Origin: Catajapyx aquilonaris
Lineage: Eukaryota
Reading direction: 5' to 3'
Length of the DNA: 64,000 bases
Assembly: GCA_000934665.2 (NCBI GenBank)
Contig: JYFJ02001471.1
Coordinates: 1 to 64,000 of the forward strand
Made by a program: the position numbers and the translations under genes. Numbering within the stretch: position 1 is the stretch's first letter; every line of letters starts with the position of its first letter. Of this stretch, positions 50,490 through 61,900 are shown piece by piece. The notes under the pieces are model-generated. The model was given only the letters and a program-made list of their open reading frames with translations, was not told the origin of the DNA and searched no databases.

Positions 50490-51052
50490 TACTAGGGGCT
50501 TTCGGAAAGTCTTGACGCATTATTTTTTTGCCACAAATACAGGGCCCATGCAGGTTGGCAGATAGGCACACATTATCAAGAGATTCCTCCTGGAGCCGAA
50601 TGCACTGGCATTATCGGTATGTCAGCCTCTCCAAGCCCTCCAGGAACCAAATTTTGGAGGTGCGTCACACACAACTGCTTCCTGTTCAACACTGTCCTCG
50701 AAATGGTGTCAGGGAAGAGGTTTTTTCATGGATCCGAATAGGTGAAAGTCACTGGGGGCCAAGCCAGGGTGAGTACTGTAGGTGTGGAAGCATCCAAACC
50801 CAGATCCATGAAAAAAAACCCTTTGCCGATGCCATTTCAAGTATATTGTTGACAGTTGTTGACTGTGAGCAGTTTTCTGGGAGTGTGTGCTCTGCACCAC
50901 CAAAAAGTGGTTCCTGGAGGGCCTGGAGAGGTTGTCATACCCATGACTTCTGTGCATTTTGGTCCAGGAGTGTTCTATCGATAATGTGTGCCTATCTGCT
51001 GACCTGCACAGGCCCTGTGGCAAAAAAATAAAGACTTTGAATGCCCCTCGTA
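50490..51052 (-). mobile_element. mariner-derived non-autonomous element with about 180-bp inverted arms and transposase remnant
   Basis: TACTAGGGG...CCCCTCGTA termini; arms GCAGATAGGCACACATTATC/GATAATGTGTGCCTATCTGC; minus-strand PGLAPSDFHLFGSMKK resembles the mariner YSPDLAPSDFHLF motif. Confidence 0.85.
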
Positions 51053-53909
51053 GATGAAGTTACTTATGTTATGTGCAAGGAAGGGTTTTCAAAGTTTATT
51101 ATCACTGTTACTTTATCCTGTTGGATATGCTACAGTGTGTTGATGCTCTGCCTTCAAGTGGAGAGCAATGCATGGCTTAGAATTTTAACCCAGAGTGTGG
51201 TACAGAACAATGCATTGTGAACCAGGTGTCACATGACTGAACATCCACTGTATCACTGCAATTCATATTATTATTTGTATGAATGACTAGCGTTATTGCT
51301 GAGGAGTAATTTATTACTTCAATCAGCAAGATTGTATTTCCTGATAACCATTTTAGCCACCATTTAAGTGACTAATGGTCTTTCTTGGACAAACCCCATT
51401 ACAGAATTATTTATAGGGACCTACTCGATTTTGAATCAATTATAACACATAAAAGGAGAAAATGAAGCAATAAGAAGTTCACAGCATCGTAAAGTCTGTC
51501 CAACGAGTGTTTGACTTCATTGCTAAATTAAATCAATGAAGAGGTCCCAAGAAAAGTTATTAAACAAGAATAATTCATGTCAGTCCCTTATATGTTCAGG
51601 CACAGTGTATAAAACTATGAAACTGTGCCAACTGTTGCAATTTTTTGTTTTCTAGAAAACACAGGTCAAGGTTGATTAGGTGACTGACAGGTTCCAAAAC
51701 CTGTCCACACAGATATTGAAACAGACCGAAATGTCATCGACCCTGCACACCCTACAGTTTGGCTCCAAAACATTGATAAATGTTTGTGATATTATCATTT
51801 GTACTTGGTATCACTATGCCACTATACTGTATGTTCAACTCGTACATACCAAGGGGCATAGGGCTGTCTTATAATCCTTTATTCAGTAAGTAATAATTTA
51901 ATTTCAAAAGGAGGAAAAGGCTGGCACCATTCTTAGGCATTCCTGAGTGATTAGTGTCACCTGAGGTGGCCAAGAATAGTACAGCAAATACAACCCACAG
52001 GTCTCACCACACAGAATTCTAATGAACGAGTCAATCACTTTCTTAGAATGAAGAGTGACCATTAGGCAGTGCAAGGCCAACCACCCTGTAGCTTCGTGTA
52101 TGACTAATAAAGTAATGCCGCCCAGTACTGACCCAAGTTAGTTTGCCTCATTTGGTTTTTTGATGGATTAAATTTTTAAATGTTAACTAATGCATGAAAC
52201 ATATTTTATATGACTGAGTAATTGTTGTTGGTACTTACCTTTGTCGACCATTTTTATATGGCTGAAATTGTGAATGTACAACAATATTTGCAGTGTTTGT
52301 CACGTGTTAGAGTTGTTTGCATGAGGCAAAGTAAACAAGTGAATGTGCCTGTTTGTAAGTGATTCATGAAAATGGCAGTGCTACAGACACATTTTCCCTT
52401 CAGCAGGTGTCAATGCCCTGTGTGCTGTTACTTTTACCGGGCCAGAACATTATTATGCAAAAACATTGGTGTGCATAGTATCAGATAGTATGTAGTGAAC
52501 CGTGAGTTAGAATTTACTTCCGATGCAATATATAAATATCCTGCGGGATTACGCGAATTGAGTCACATGCAGGTTGAATGAATGAACTAGGGTATTACAG
52601 AAATAACTATGATAAGTATGACTTACGAGGTGTTTGTGGTGGATATTTAGGAAGAAACATGGTGGAAGTGTTACCTTTGCTGCCACTGGCCGGAGGAGGT
52701 CCACCTTCTGAATTTTGGGCTGCTGCAAGGAGCATACTTCTCCCTCACCTGCCCGGGCTACACTTCAATAGAGGAAAAAACTTGAAGGTCTGCTCCCAAG
52801 GAACCCCAAGACGGCTTTACAAACTGCCTATTTTCCTTGGGGCAAGGTCGCTTCCTTTAGTCATGGCAGGTGTGACTCACTCCTTGGCAGGAGGGGGGAA
52901 AAAAACATTCATGCTGTTGGGTTAGGAATTCCTGAAGGAGTTTATGGACCTCAAATGAAACAAGCAAACTTTGGAGAAAATATTTTCATCAAGCTTAGTT
53001 TAATTGCTTTATGGTTCATCCCTGTAGTGTCCTCAAAGGACAACTTTCATGGGGAAACATAATGTAAACTCCAAAACGATATTTTTACATTTTGTTTTTC
53101 CGACCATACACACACGCTTATTGTTTCACTCAAACTGTTATTCATAAAAATGCCATACAATAACTTACAAGTTCACTGTGACCAAGGTCACACGGAAATG
53201 TCTCTTCTTCACTTCGGTCGACTAAAACTTTCATACTTGACACACTCATAGTCCCCGTAACATAACTTGTTCGTCTCAGTAACGTACCCTGCACATATTG
53301 GGTTTGGAGATTTTTTTAAACGTTTAATGCAGCAATTGTGCTTGATGAAACCGTTTATACTGTACAGTCGCGAGTTTTGGAAAGGCATTAATAAGCCTCC
53401 ATCGATGAACTGAGTCGACTCAACGTGTAACTATAATATGCTTATAATTTTTAGAGTATGCTTGGCAGCATAATATGGCAGCGCAACAATGTTTACCATA
53501 CAGAGCAGTAGCCAGCACTGCCTGTACGAGCAGATTTAGAAATTCAATCAATTTGTCTACCAAAAATATTATTTACAACAGTTCGTATCGATTGCACCAC
53601 AGAACAAATAACTACTACCCGACTCTGGTTCCACTGTGTAAACAGTTGGAAGTAAGGGATACAGGCCCTCATCCATATGTGGAGCACCCTGGGCACGGAC
53701 AAATGTTTTTTACTCCAAGAGATGCATCTACAAAAGAAACGCTGCACAATAATGGAGCCCGTTACCCCGACGTTGAAGTACATTTGCCCTCAGCGGTCAT
53801 CAACCACGCCAAAATGAGAAAAGGCATCCGGCTCGGTCCTTTTTGCCACATGTTCCTGAGTGAACACACCATTCCCAGATCTGAATCACATTGTAGATAA
53901 GTACTCTTC

Positions 53910-56900
53910 TTAGAGAGAGTTGGGCAAAGGCTTGAGATTGGCAATGGAACTGACACGACGGAACGGCCTCCCTGTGAGATTCTTCTCAATGTCGTCGAGA
54001 CTCTTGCCTCTCGTCTCCGGGACGCAGAAGATGACGAAGAAGAGTCCTACCAGGCAAATCCCGGCAAAGAGCCAGAAGGCTCCGTGGATCCCAATCGAAT
54101 GGGAAATGTCCGTGAAGGTCTTGGTGACAATGAAGGTGCAGGACCAGTTGAAAGCGGTGGCGAAGGCTGCTGCAGCGCCTCTGATCTTTCCAGGGAACAC
54201 CTCACCCATCATCAGCCAGGGGATGGGACCGAATCCGAGCGAGAAGGCCACCGCGAATACCATGAAGCTGGCCAGAGGAAGCCAGCCGTACTCGGACACG
54301 TCGTGGCCTCCTTCCTTCATGTAGAAGAAGGTGCCGAGAATACTGAGACTGAGGATCATGAACACGTCCGAGATGTAGAGGAGGATCTTGCGGCCGAGGC
54401 GGTCGATCAGGCAGTTGGCGATGAAGGTTGCGGCGAAGTTGACCACGCCGACGATGATGGTGCATAAGTTGCTGTCGATGGTGCTGCCAGCAGCGTTGAA
54501 GATGGATACGGTGTAGAAGATGACGGCGTTGATGCCGCTCAGCTGCTGGAAGAACATGAGACCCAAGGACTGCGCCATAGGTTTGGTGTACTGGCGGTTG
54601 AACAGGTCTCGGAGCTTGGTGGCGTGCTTGCGTGATCGCATATGGGTGTTCTCGATTTCTTGCATCTCGCTGGTGATGTCGGTGCTCTTTCCTCGAAGCC
54701 ACTGCAGGGCGTTTTTAGCCTGCATTGTTTTGTCTGTGGAAAGAGAAGTTGAAAGCTGCGTAAGTTGATGCTCAAGTTGTAAAACTTACGTGCCAATAAC
54801 ATCACTTTTAGAGAAACTATATTAACTTCTTACCCTTTGAGATGTACCATCTTGGTGTTTCTGGAATCAGGCACATGCAGACGATGAATGGAACGGGAAG
54901 GCATGCACCCAAAATGGCCAGGTCGGACCAGTTGAGGTAACTGCCGGCGCAGAAACCCAGAAGGACTCCTAAGAAGAGATAATACGTCAGAATCTGCAAA
55001 AACTGCGACAAAGCAGGTCATCATACCTATATTTCCGATTGTTGTAGGCAGGAGACCCAGGGTTCCTCGTACTTCTGGCTGCACTGTTTCAGCTAGGTAC
55101 ACAGGCAAAGACAGGGATGCAATTCCAACACAGAACCCTCCAATGGCTCGTCCAGCATATATCATCCACACGTTCTGGGCGAATGCAATCAGTAACCATG
55201 CTGGCGAAAGGATAACAGAGTTATCATTTGATGTAATCGATTAGCATCAATACAGATATATTTGATATTGGTACTTACACAGCACGAACGGCAATCCAGT
55301 TCCCAAAATGGTGTGCTTTCTGCCGAGATGTTCGATAAAGGTGCCACCAAGAATGCCTCCCAAGAGTGCACTCAAAGGCATGAGACTTCCAATCCAGGAT
55401 GCCTGCCAAGGGAGAGTTCAAATTAAATGGGTGCATTCTGAGCTTCAATTTTACATTTCGTAGTCGATAATGATTGGCCCTCATTTGAATGTTAATTTGA
55501 AAGCACGAGCTTGTTACAAAATGGATATCAAGCTGTCAACAGCAGCGTCATGTTTTGTGACGTCGTAACTCATAAGCAAATTTTACCAGGAGCCAAGTAA
55601 ATTGGCTGCATATAATTTTACTGTAGTTACGATTTGGATTAGAAGAATACGTTGAAAGCATTGTTTATGAACGAACCTGTTCATCATCGATGTAAATTCC
55701 GCTACCTTCCTCTTGCATGGACGCAATGGCCGGTGACGTGTAGGATGACATGAAACCGACGATCATAGAGCCCAAAGATACGCTCAGAGAAGCGATGACC
55801 TAGAAAGGAATATTGGGCAATATTAGTGACCCATATACGTCCTAATTTTTAACGAGGATTTTCAGATAGGACCGAGGACTATTGATCAAGAGTGTACTTT
55901 GTGAAGCAACGCTGGATATTTGATAAAATTAATGCAATCTGTTGGGGAGGCAAGGGTCATACACTGTCGGAAACCAGCCTCTGCCATCACGTAGGCCAGC
56001 GATATTTCTATTGGCAAGCTGTCTGTATTTTCCATGGCATGGTGCGTAACTTGGAACAGAGGGGTTGCTGTGTCACATGTGCAATGGATGGTCTCATTGA
56101 TAACACATTGGAATAATATCGGCGATGTAACTTGATATGACGAGATGTGTAAACAAGGTCAATAATTTTTGCGGTTACACAAGGTTAAGGATATAATTTC
56201 AACGAACATTCGTGATTTATCCGCGATTATAGGCTAGTAAACATGTGTTGAGCTTGCGGGGAATGCTAAACTACGCTAAACTACAAAGTGATCTTGAAAA
56301 AGAAATGATTGTTGGTACAGTATAATGTGTGCATTATACTGTCTAGGGTGCTTTGATTTTGACAGGGCATTAAAGGACCACAAAAATTAAGGATTACAAA
56401 AATGATATAAGGAGCTGGAAAAAATGTGACAAAATTGCTGGGTTTTGCAATACCAAAACCAGACGTGACAAAACATGGGTTTCACTTTTTCGTGTTAGTA
56501 TTTTTACGTATGTACTATATCGCTCAAAAAGATAGAGACGATTGGCATTTGATTCAAGTGCAAGTTGCACTTGAGTCAAATGCAAAATCGTCTCTATCTT
56601 TTTGGGCGATATAATACAACTTCCTAAAAATTGTGACGGTCGGAGGAAGAGATCCTTTCTTGGATACTCATTTTAGTACCGTAATGCAAACAATTCTGAC
56701 ACTTTCTATGGGGCTTTGCAACTACATAGATCTTTCACGGGATGACCAATATATTATTCAAAGACCTTAATGTAATGTTTAAAAACTGATATGGCATATT
56801 TCAGGGAATAATTATTATTCTGATCAGGAAACTGGAATATGCTTGTTGCATAACCGAAAGGATGAATGTTGACTGTGCATTCTGCGACTTCCCTTGTTCT

Positions 56901-58907
56901 CGCCATGTTTCTAGCGTGGTCCGTACTACCGAACAAACTGTAGCTATGCACATAGCACCAAATTGCGTTTCATGTATTTTGTGCGAAAGTTGTAAACACG
57001 TGATATGAGCGATTCAGAGCTAAATGTGATACTGCGGCCTATTTACGCCCCTTACTCGACATGTGGTCACACAACCTACATTATATACGAACTGTTAAGC
57101 AATTCCATAAGGCGCAATATTTTGTGAGAGTCTCTATTGGGACCAAATGCGCTTACCTGCGACAAAGTACATTTCGGTCTCTGAGCTTCGGTCCCTGGGA
57201 TCTGGAGGTCAACATGGGTATCCGCTCGAAGCAGCATGTTGATGGACACACTCTGATTCGACCACCCTATACGAAACGATCTCCTCGCGAGCACTCTGGC
57301 ACATTGGCGATCGCAACTCGTTTTATTCTATCACCACTCTCAGCGGATTGGCCGATGAGCCTTGGTGACGCGGAATCATTTCAGTGATAACAGAGGAACA
57401 GTGGGATGGGCAATGAGTGACAACGACCGGATTGATGGGCAGGGGTGCTGCGCGGGCGAACTCTTGACATTTTGTGGCGGCGACTTTTATCCGTAGAGGT
57501 TTCCAGGGGAGAACATGTTTACGTCGTTGTTGTTTACTCCTGAGCATGTGACGGAGTAGTGTTTCGGGGATAGAGATGAACGAGGATGACGTGCTTATTT
57601 TTTGGGGGCGCATATATGCGCAGATTGTTACGACATACGTTGGGGATGGGCATGGTTTGTGGTTCTTTGCGGAAATCAGGGATTCACAGTCTGTGATTGG
57701 CGGGGTGTAGGATGTTCGTGTAGGGTGGAAGTATGGGTATAGAAGTGATGACGGTGGATCTTGTATCCCTTGGCCTCTGTTTGCCAGCAGAAGGGACCCC
57801 CGTCATTTTACATCACGAATCTGCCCTTGGTGTGACTCGTGACCTATGATCAGACCCTTTCAAGATAGCATAACATAACCTCTGAAACGTGGAATCTGGT
57901 TGCAATGTGAAGGCGGTTTTTATGCATACCTATTAATGGAGAATATAAGCCAATACATCATTTACATGTATTTATAGCTGGTCCTTCGACTTGTACTCAG
58001 CTCGGTTAGATGTGATTTTTTTTTCTTGGGGGGGGGGGGGGGATGTTGCCACCCAATCAGTGTATACTGCAGAACGTGCAAGGCAATAAAAATAATAGTC
58101 TAGCGAATGTCTGAATGGCGAAACCCATTTTTAGAACAGTTCAAGATGGAGTCTCTGATTAGAACTGAACCCAAGTAAGGCATCATGATTCATGATGTAT
58201 TTGTGATAACAGGTAGGAAATTGGCGGCAGTTATGACGTTTCTAGATTTCCCCATGTCTATAGATTGCCTTCATGGTTGCACAGTGTAGCATAAACCGCC
58301 AACGTGGTAGAAAACTGATTTTGCGACATTTATAACCCATTTGTGAGTCACCTGACGTTTTTGTAACATGACTGCTTGGTGTAGGGGAAATTAGGCTATC
58401 GTTTGTAGATCTATCCCTTTAGCGATCTCTTTCTACTTTCAAAACGCTGGCGCTGTGAAGTGTCTAAAAGTAAGAACGTACCAACATGATGCAATGTAGC
58501 CCCCCAAAAAAGGTGAGATTACGTAATGGCGGTGACAGGCTGTACGTTTGTTGATCCCCATCGTGCCAGCCCCGTATCCAAATTTATGACTGAAGGCCAG
58601 TAACCTAATTTGGATTTTGATATCCCATGCCACATGCCGCTGAACTTCTGACATTCTGGGAGCCACTCTGTCTTACCTGTGGGCCGATGTTCTTGACGCG
58701 AAACTCCGGTTTCACCAATTCCGAGTCACTGTCTTCCTCAGGGTTGACTGGCGTAACCACAGTGTGGACCAGTGGGTCCAAATCCTGGAGTTCTTCTGTT
58801 AGAACCGGGTATAAGGGCTTGGGATGTCCTTTGTCATCCACGAAGCCATTGCTGATCGGCACGTTCTCCTCGTCCATAACTTCGGCTGTGTCTTTATGCG
58901 GTCCCAT
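53910..58907 (-). CDS. Tret1: Facilitated trehalose transporter Tret1, isoform A about 536 aa; exons 58907-58677, 55799-55677, 55402-55279, 55200-55027, 54968-54834, 54733-53910
   Basis: Sugar-porter motifs [88 protein letters not shown] and the Tret1-type tail [12 protein letters not shown]. The 77-codon first exon ends in phase-0 CAG|GTAAGA; it is less certain than the shared exons. Confidence 0.9.
56516..56613. repeat. Near-perfect 98-nt palindrome
   Basis: TATATCGCTCAAAAAGATAGAGACGATT...TCAAGTGCAA-G-TTGCACTTGA...AATCGTCTCTATCTTTTTGGGCGATATA. Confidence 0.9.
57157..57237 (-). CDS. Tret1: Tret1 alternative first coding exon B ([27 protein letters not shown]), isoform about 486 aa
   Basis: 27 codons ending CAG|GTAAGC in phase 0; resembles the recalled short insect Tret1 N-terminus MKILMRADTH...CTFSQ. 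Confidence 0.88.
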
Positions 58908-61900
58908 GTTGTTTGGCCCTCATCCACGATCACTTGTACTCCTGAGGACGCACCTTATGATGACACCTCCACGTGTTTACCGCATTCTGGCAAGGTCTGG
59001 TCGCCTGAAATAGAATATCGTACAGTAAGTAGCATGTCCTGTGAATCCGGAAGTATTTCCTGTCGTAAATTTTGATAGCGCAATGTACGATATGGCGAAA
59101 ATGAGGCATTGTGTGAAGTGACTATTACGTGATTTCGGGTTTATATCTAGAGATGGTGTTGGGTTGATAGGGGGAAGCGATGGGCCAATTAATGCACTTT
59201 GATCAGGTATCCTGGATATTACGTGTAGACTATATAGGTGGTGGTCATCTGGTAATCATGTGTACGTCACACATGCTCAATGGGGAATGAAAGTAACTGG
59301 GACACGAATTTCAGAGAAAGTCCATAATTTGATATGATACAACGGGCTCTTGTCATTACGTACAGTAGGTGTTGTGTTTCAGTTCCTGTCTCATTTATTC
59401 ATGTTCCTCAATTGTCACCCATCTGATGAAATGTGGGATTGGCATGTACTTTATTGGCTGAATATGAGCAAAATCCCCCCCCCCCCCCCNCCCCTGACAT
59501 AACCATCGTTAACTGGTAGCCAAATGAGGAAGCGACTGTCGGAACATTGCAGTCGGACCAGTACCTTCTATTCCCCACGTCCTGTGCCAAGTTCAGTGCC
59601 GCCTTTCATGTGAATCACGCATAATTAAAAGGCGTTGCTCGACACGTCAAGTTCGACGTGCTGTCTGACTGCTAATCTACACAATTTTTCTTTAAAAGAC
59701 TGCGTCGTACCTACTTTAAATTTTTTTCAGTAACAGGTGTTGGCAAAGTAAGTTGCGTTTAAAAGCACAAACATGTTTGTTCAATGTGCGCAATTGTTTT
59801 TTATCGCTCGCCTTGAACATGGGTGGGAAACCAGGGAATGGCCGTCGCCGTTTCATTTTCGCCAAGGTTGCGTAACGTTGCAAACTGCATGCATTTTGTC
59901 GTGCCATTTCCTGAGCGTCCAACCTTTGACCAGTACACACACTGAAACGAGATACGCGCGAAATGGTAAGCAACAAAGAATCTGAAATTTTCAACCGGAT
60001 GCGACCGGTTATAAGCGGTTCGCGTTCGTCGATTAATTTGACGTCACCTTGGGCAGAAGTCAGTTCGCGATGATCTTTTGCTCTGAGGGCATGTGGGTTC
60101 AACGAGCAGGTTTCCGAACTGGATTAGGCAGATAATGTATGATAAGTGTCCAGTTGCAACTGTATTGTTCAGCTGGGGCTATTGCATTATTGTGGGTTAC
60201 GGATGTAAATCAGGCAATGCACGTAAGATGTTCACGTGTCAGGTTTTTTTTGGGGAAGCTTGATTCATGGCCAAGGAAGTCGTCCGTTCACCTCGTGAGA
60301 AATATTCGGCGTGTAAAAAAAAAATGGCGTAAGGTTACGACCGTTCACGATAAGATCAGTTTGATATCAGTGGGCAATAGCAGATACAGTAAGTCGGGCA
60401 TAAATTTTTATATCCGGTGCACATTGCTCCTGATAGAATATCTGGTGTTTGCAAGTTGCTGTGTAGCCTACCCAAAAATTAATGTACTAAATATAATTAA
60501 TATTTGTTAGAGAAAAAGTTGGAGCACGTTTTTTGCTGTAATTATCTAATGTGGATATGCAGTGTGCAAAGTTGTAAATGCTTATTTAGTTAATCGCATA
60601 TTAGTTGGATCCTTGAGCTCGTGCCCTATATCGCGAGATGAGCAGGAAATTAAAAGGAGAAGTAGAAAAATATGTTGAACAACAGTTTAATAGCTTGAAG
60701 TGCATGGCCTTCGCATGAACTCTCAGTACACACATTATCGGGGTTGATATTATGGCAGACTGGTACGACTGTCGCCAGCGGCTGTCCCTGTCCGTTTCGC
60801 CAATCGGGTGGCCATAAGTTAATCACATAATCAGGTTGAATGCAGGTATTGCATGCTAATTACGGGCTGATTGCGCACTTTTACATGATTTGTGAGACGT
60901 CTGAAGGGCAGTTGTGAGGATGCAGTTTCTAAGGCGTATCATTGACGCATGAATCGACGTTTTTACATGTTTACTGCGTGTTGCGGGTTGCATAATTCGG
61001 AGTGACGTGAAAATAGGTTGTTATAGGCTTGTTGGCGATGAAGCGGATTTTCTCTGCATGGAGGGAAGTTACGGGGATTCAGGAAACAAAGATACCTAAT
61101 TGGAAGTTGTATGTTAATGGCAGATATAAGTCATGTAGTCCAGGAAGTACAACAGGTTATTCTCTGTGACTTATGATCCCGCGATAAATGGGTCAGTTGG
61201 AATTGTGATTAAAGATCAGTTCGATTACTAGTCAGATAAGTTTTTTTTAAAGGCGGTGACATAAGCCATTTCGGACTCGTTAATAGAGTGGGTGGGTGGG
61301 TGGGGGAAATCAAGGGCGTTCACTCGATACAATCATGCCACTCTGGTCATTTACACCGGTGTCTTTCGTTAATGTCAAATAACCATCGCGGACCTGTAAC
61401 AATAGCTTGCCGCACCTGAAGTAGTGTCAGGCAGCTCGGTTCGTTGACGTGTATCACCGTTTATGCGGTCTAATCGTGACCCTGTACTTTCAGTACAAGG
61501 GCAGTGAGATATCAGTTGTCACCTTGGATACATTTTTATTCATAGCGTGCACAATTATTTAAGTCCATTCAAAAGCCAGAATTTTGCAGGCTGCAAAAAT
61601 GCGCGACGTCAAATTTGGCTCCGGGAAAGATTACTGGAATCAGAGGTGAATCACCATGCACGCTGTGGGCTCATGGGGCACTACTATGCACGAGGAAAAG
61701 GTTGTCGACACGTGCCTGTCATTTGTGGGTACCCTAATGCATACTGATGCATTAGGCTCCGATTTGCATGCCAATTCTTTAATATCCTGTTTGAGGAAAC
61801 TGAGAAAAGTGACATTTTCGCGGACATGAATCGAGAGTAACGACGTACGTTAATACGTAGTACACAAAATGGTATTTATGAACGCATGGTGTTGCATGGC

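Noticed and set aside
52578..52925. 115-aa ORF in the Roc2 intron
   Set aside because: No recognisable domain or supporting exon structure.
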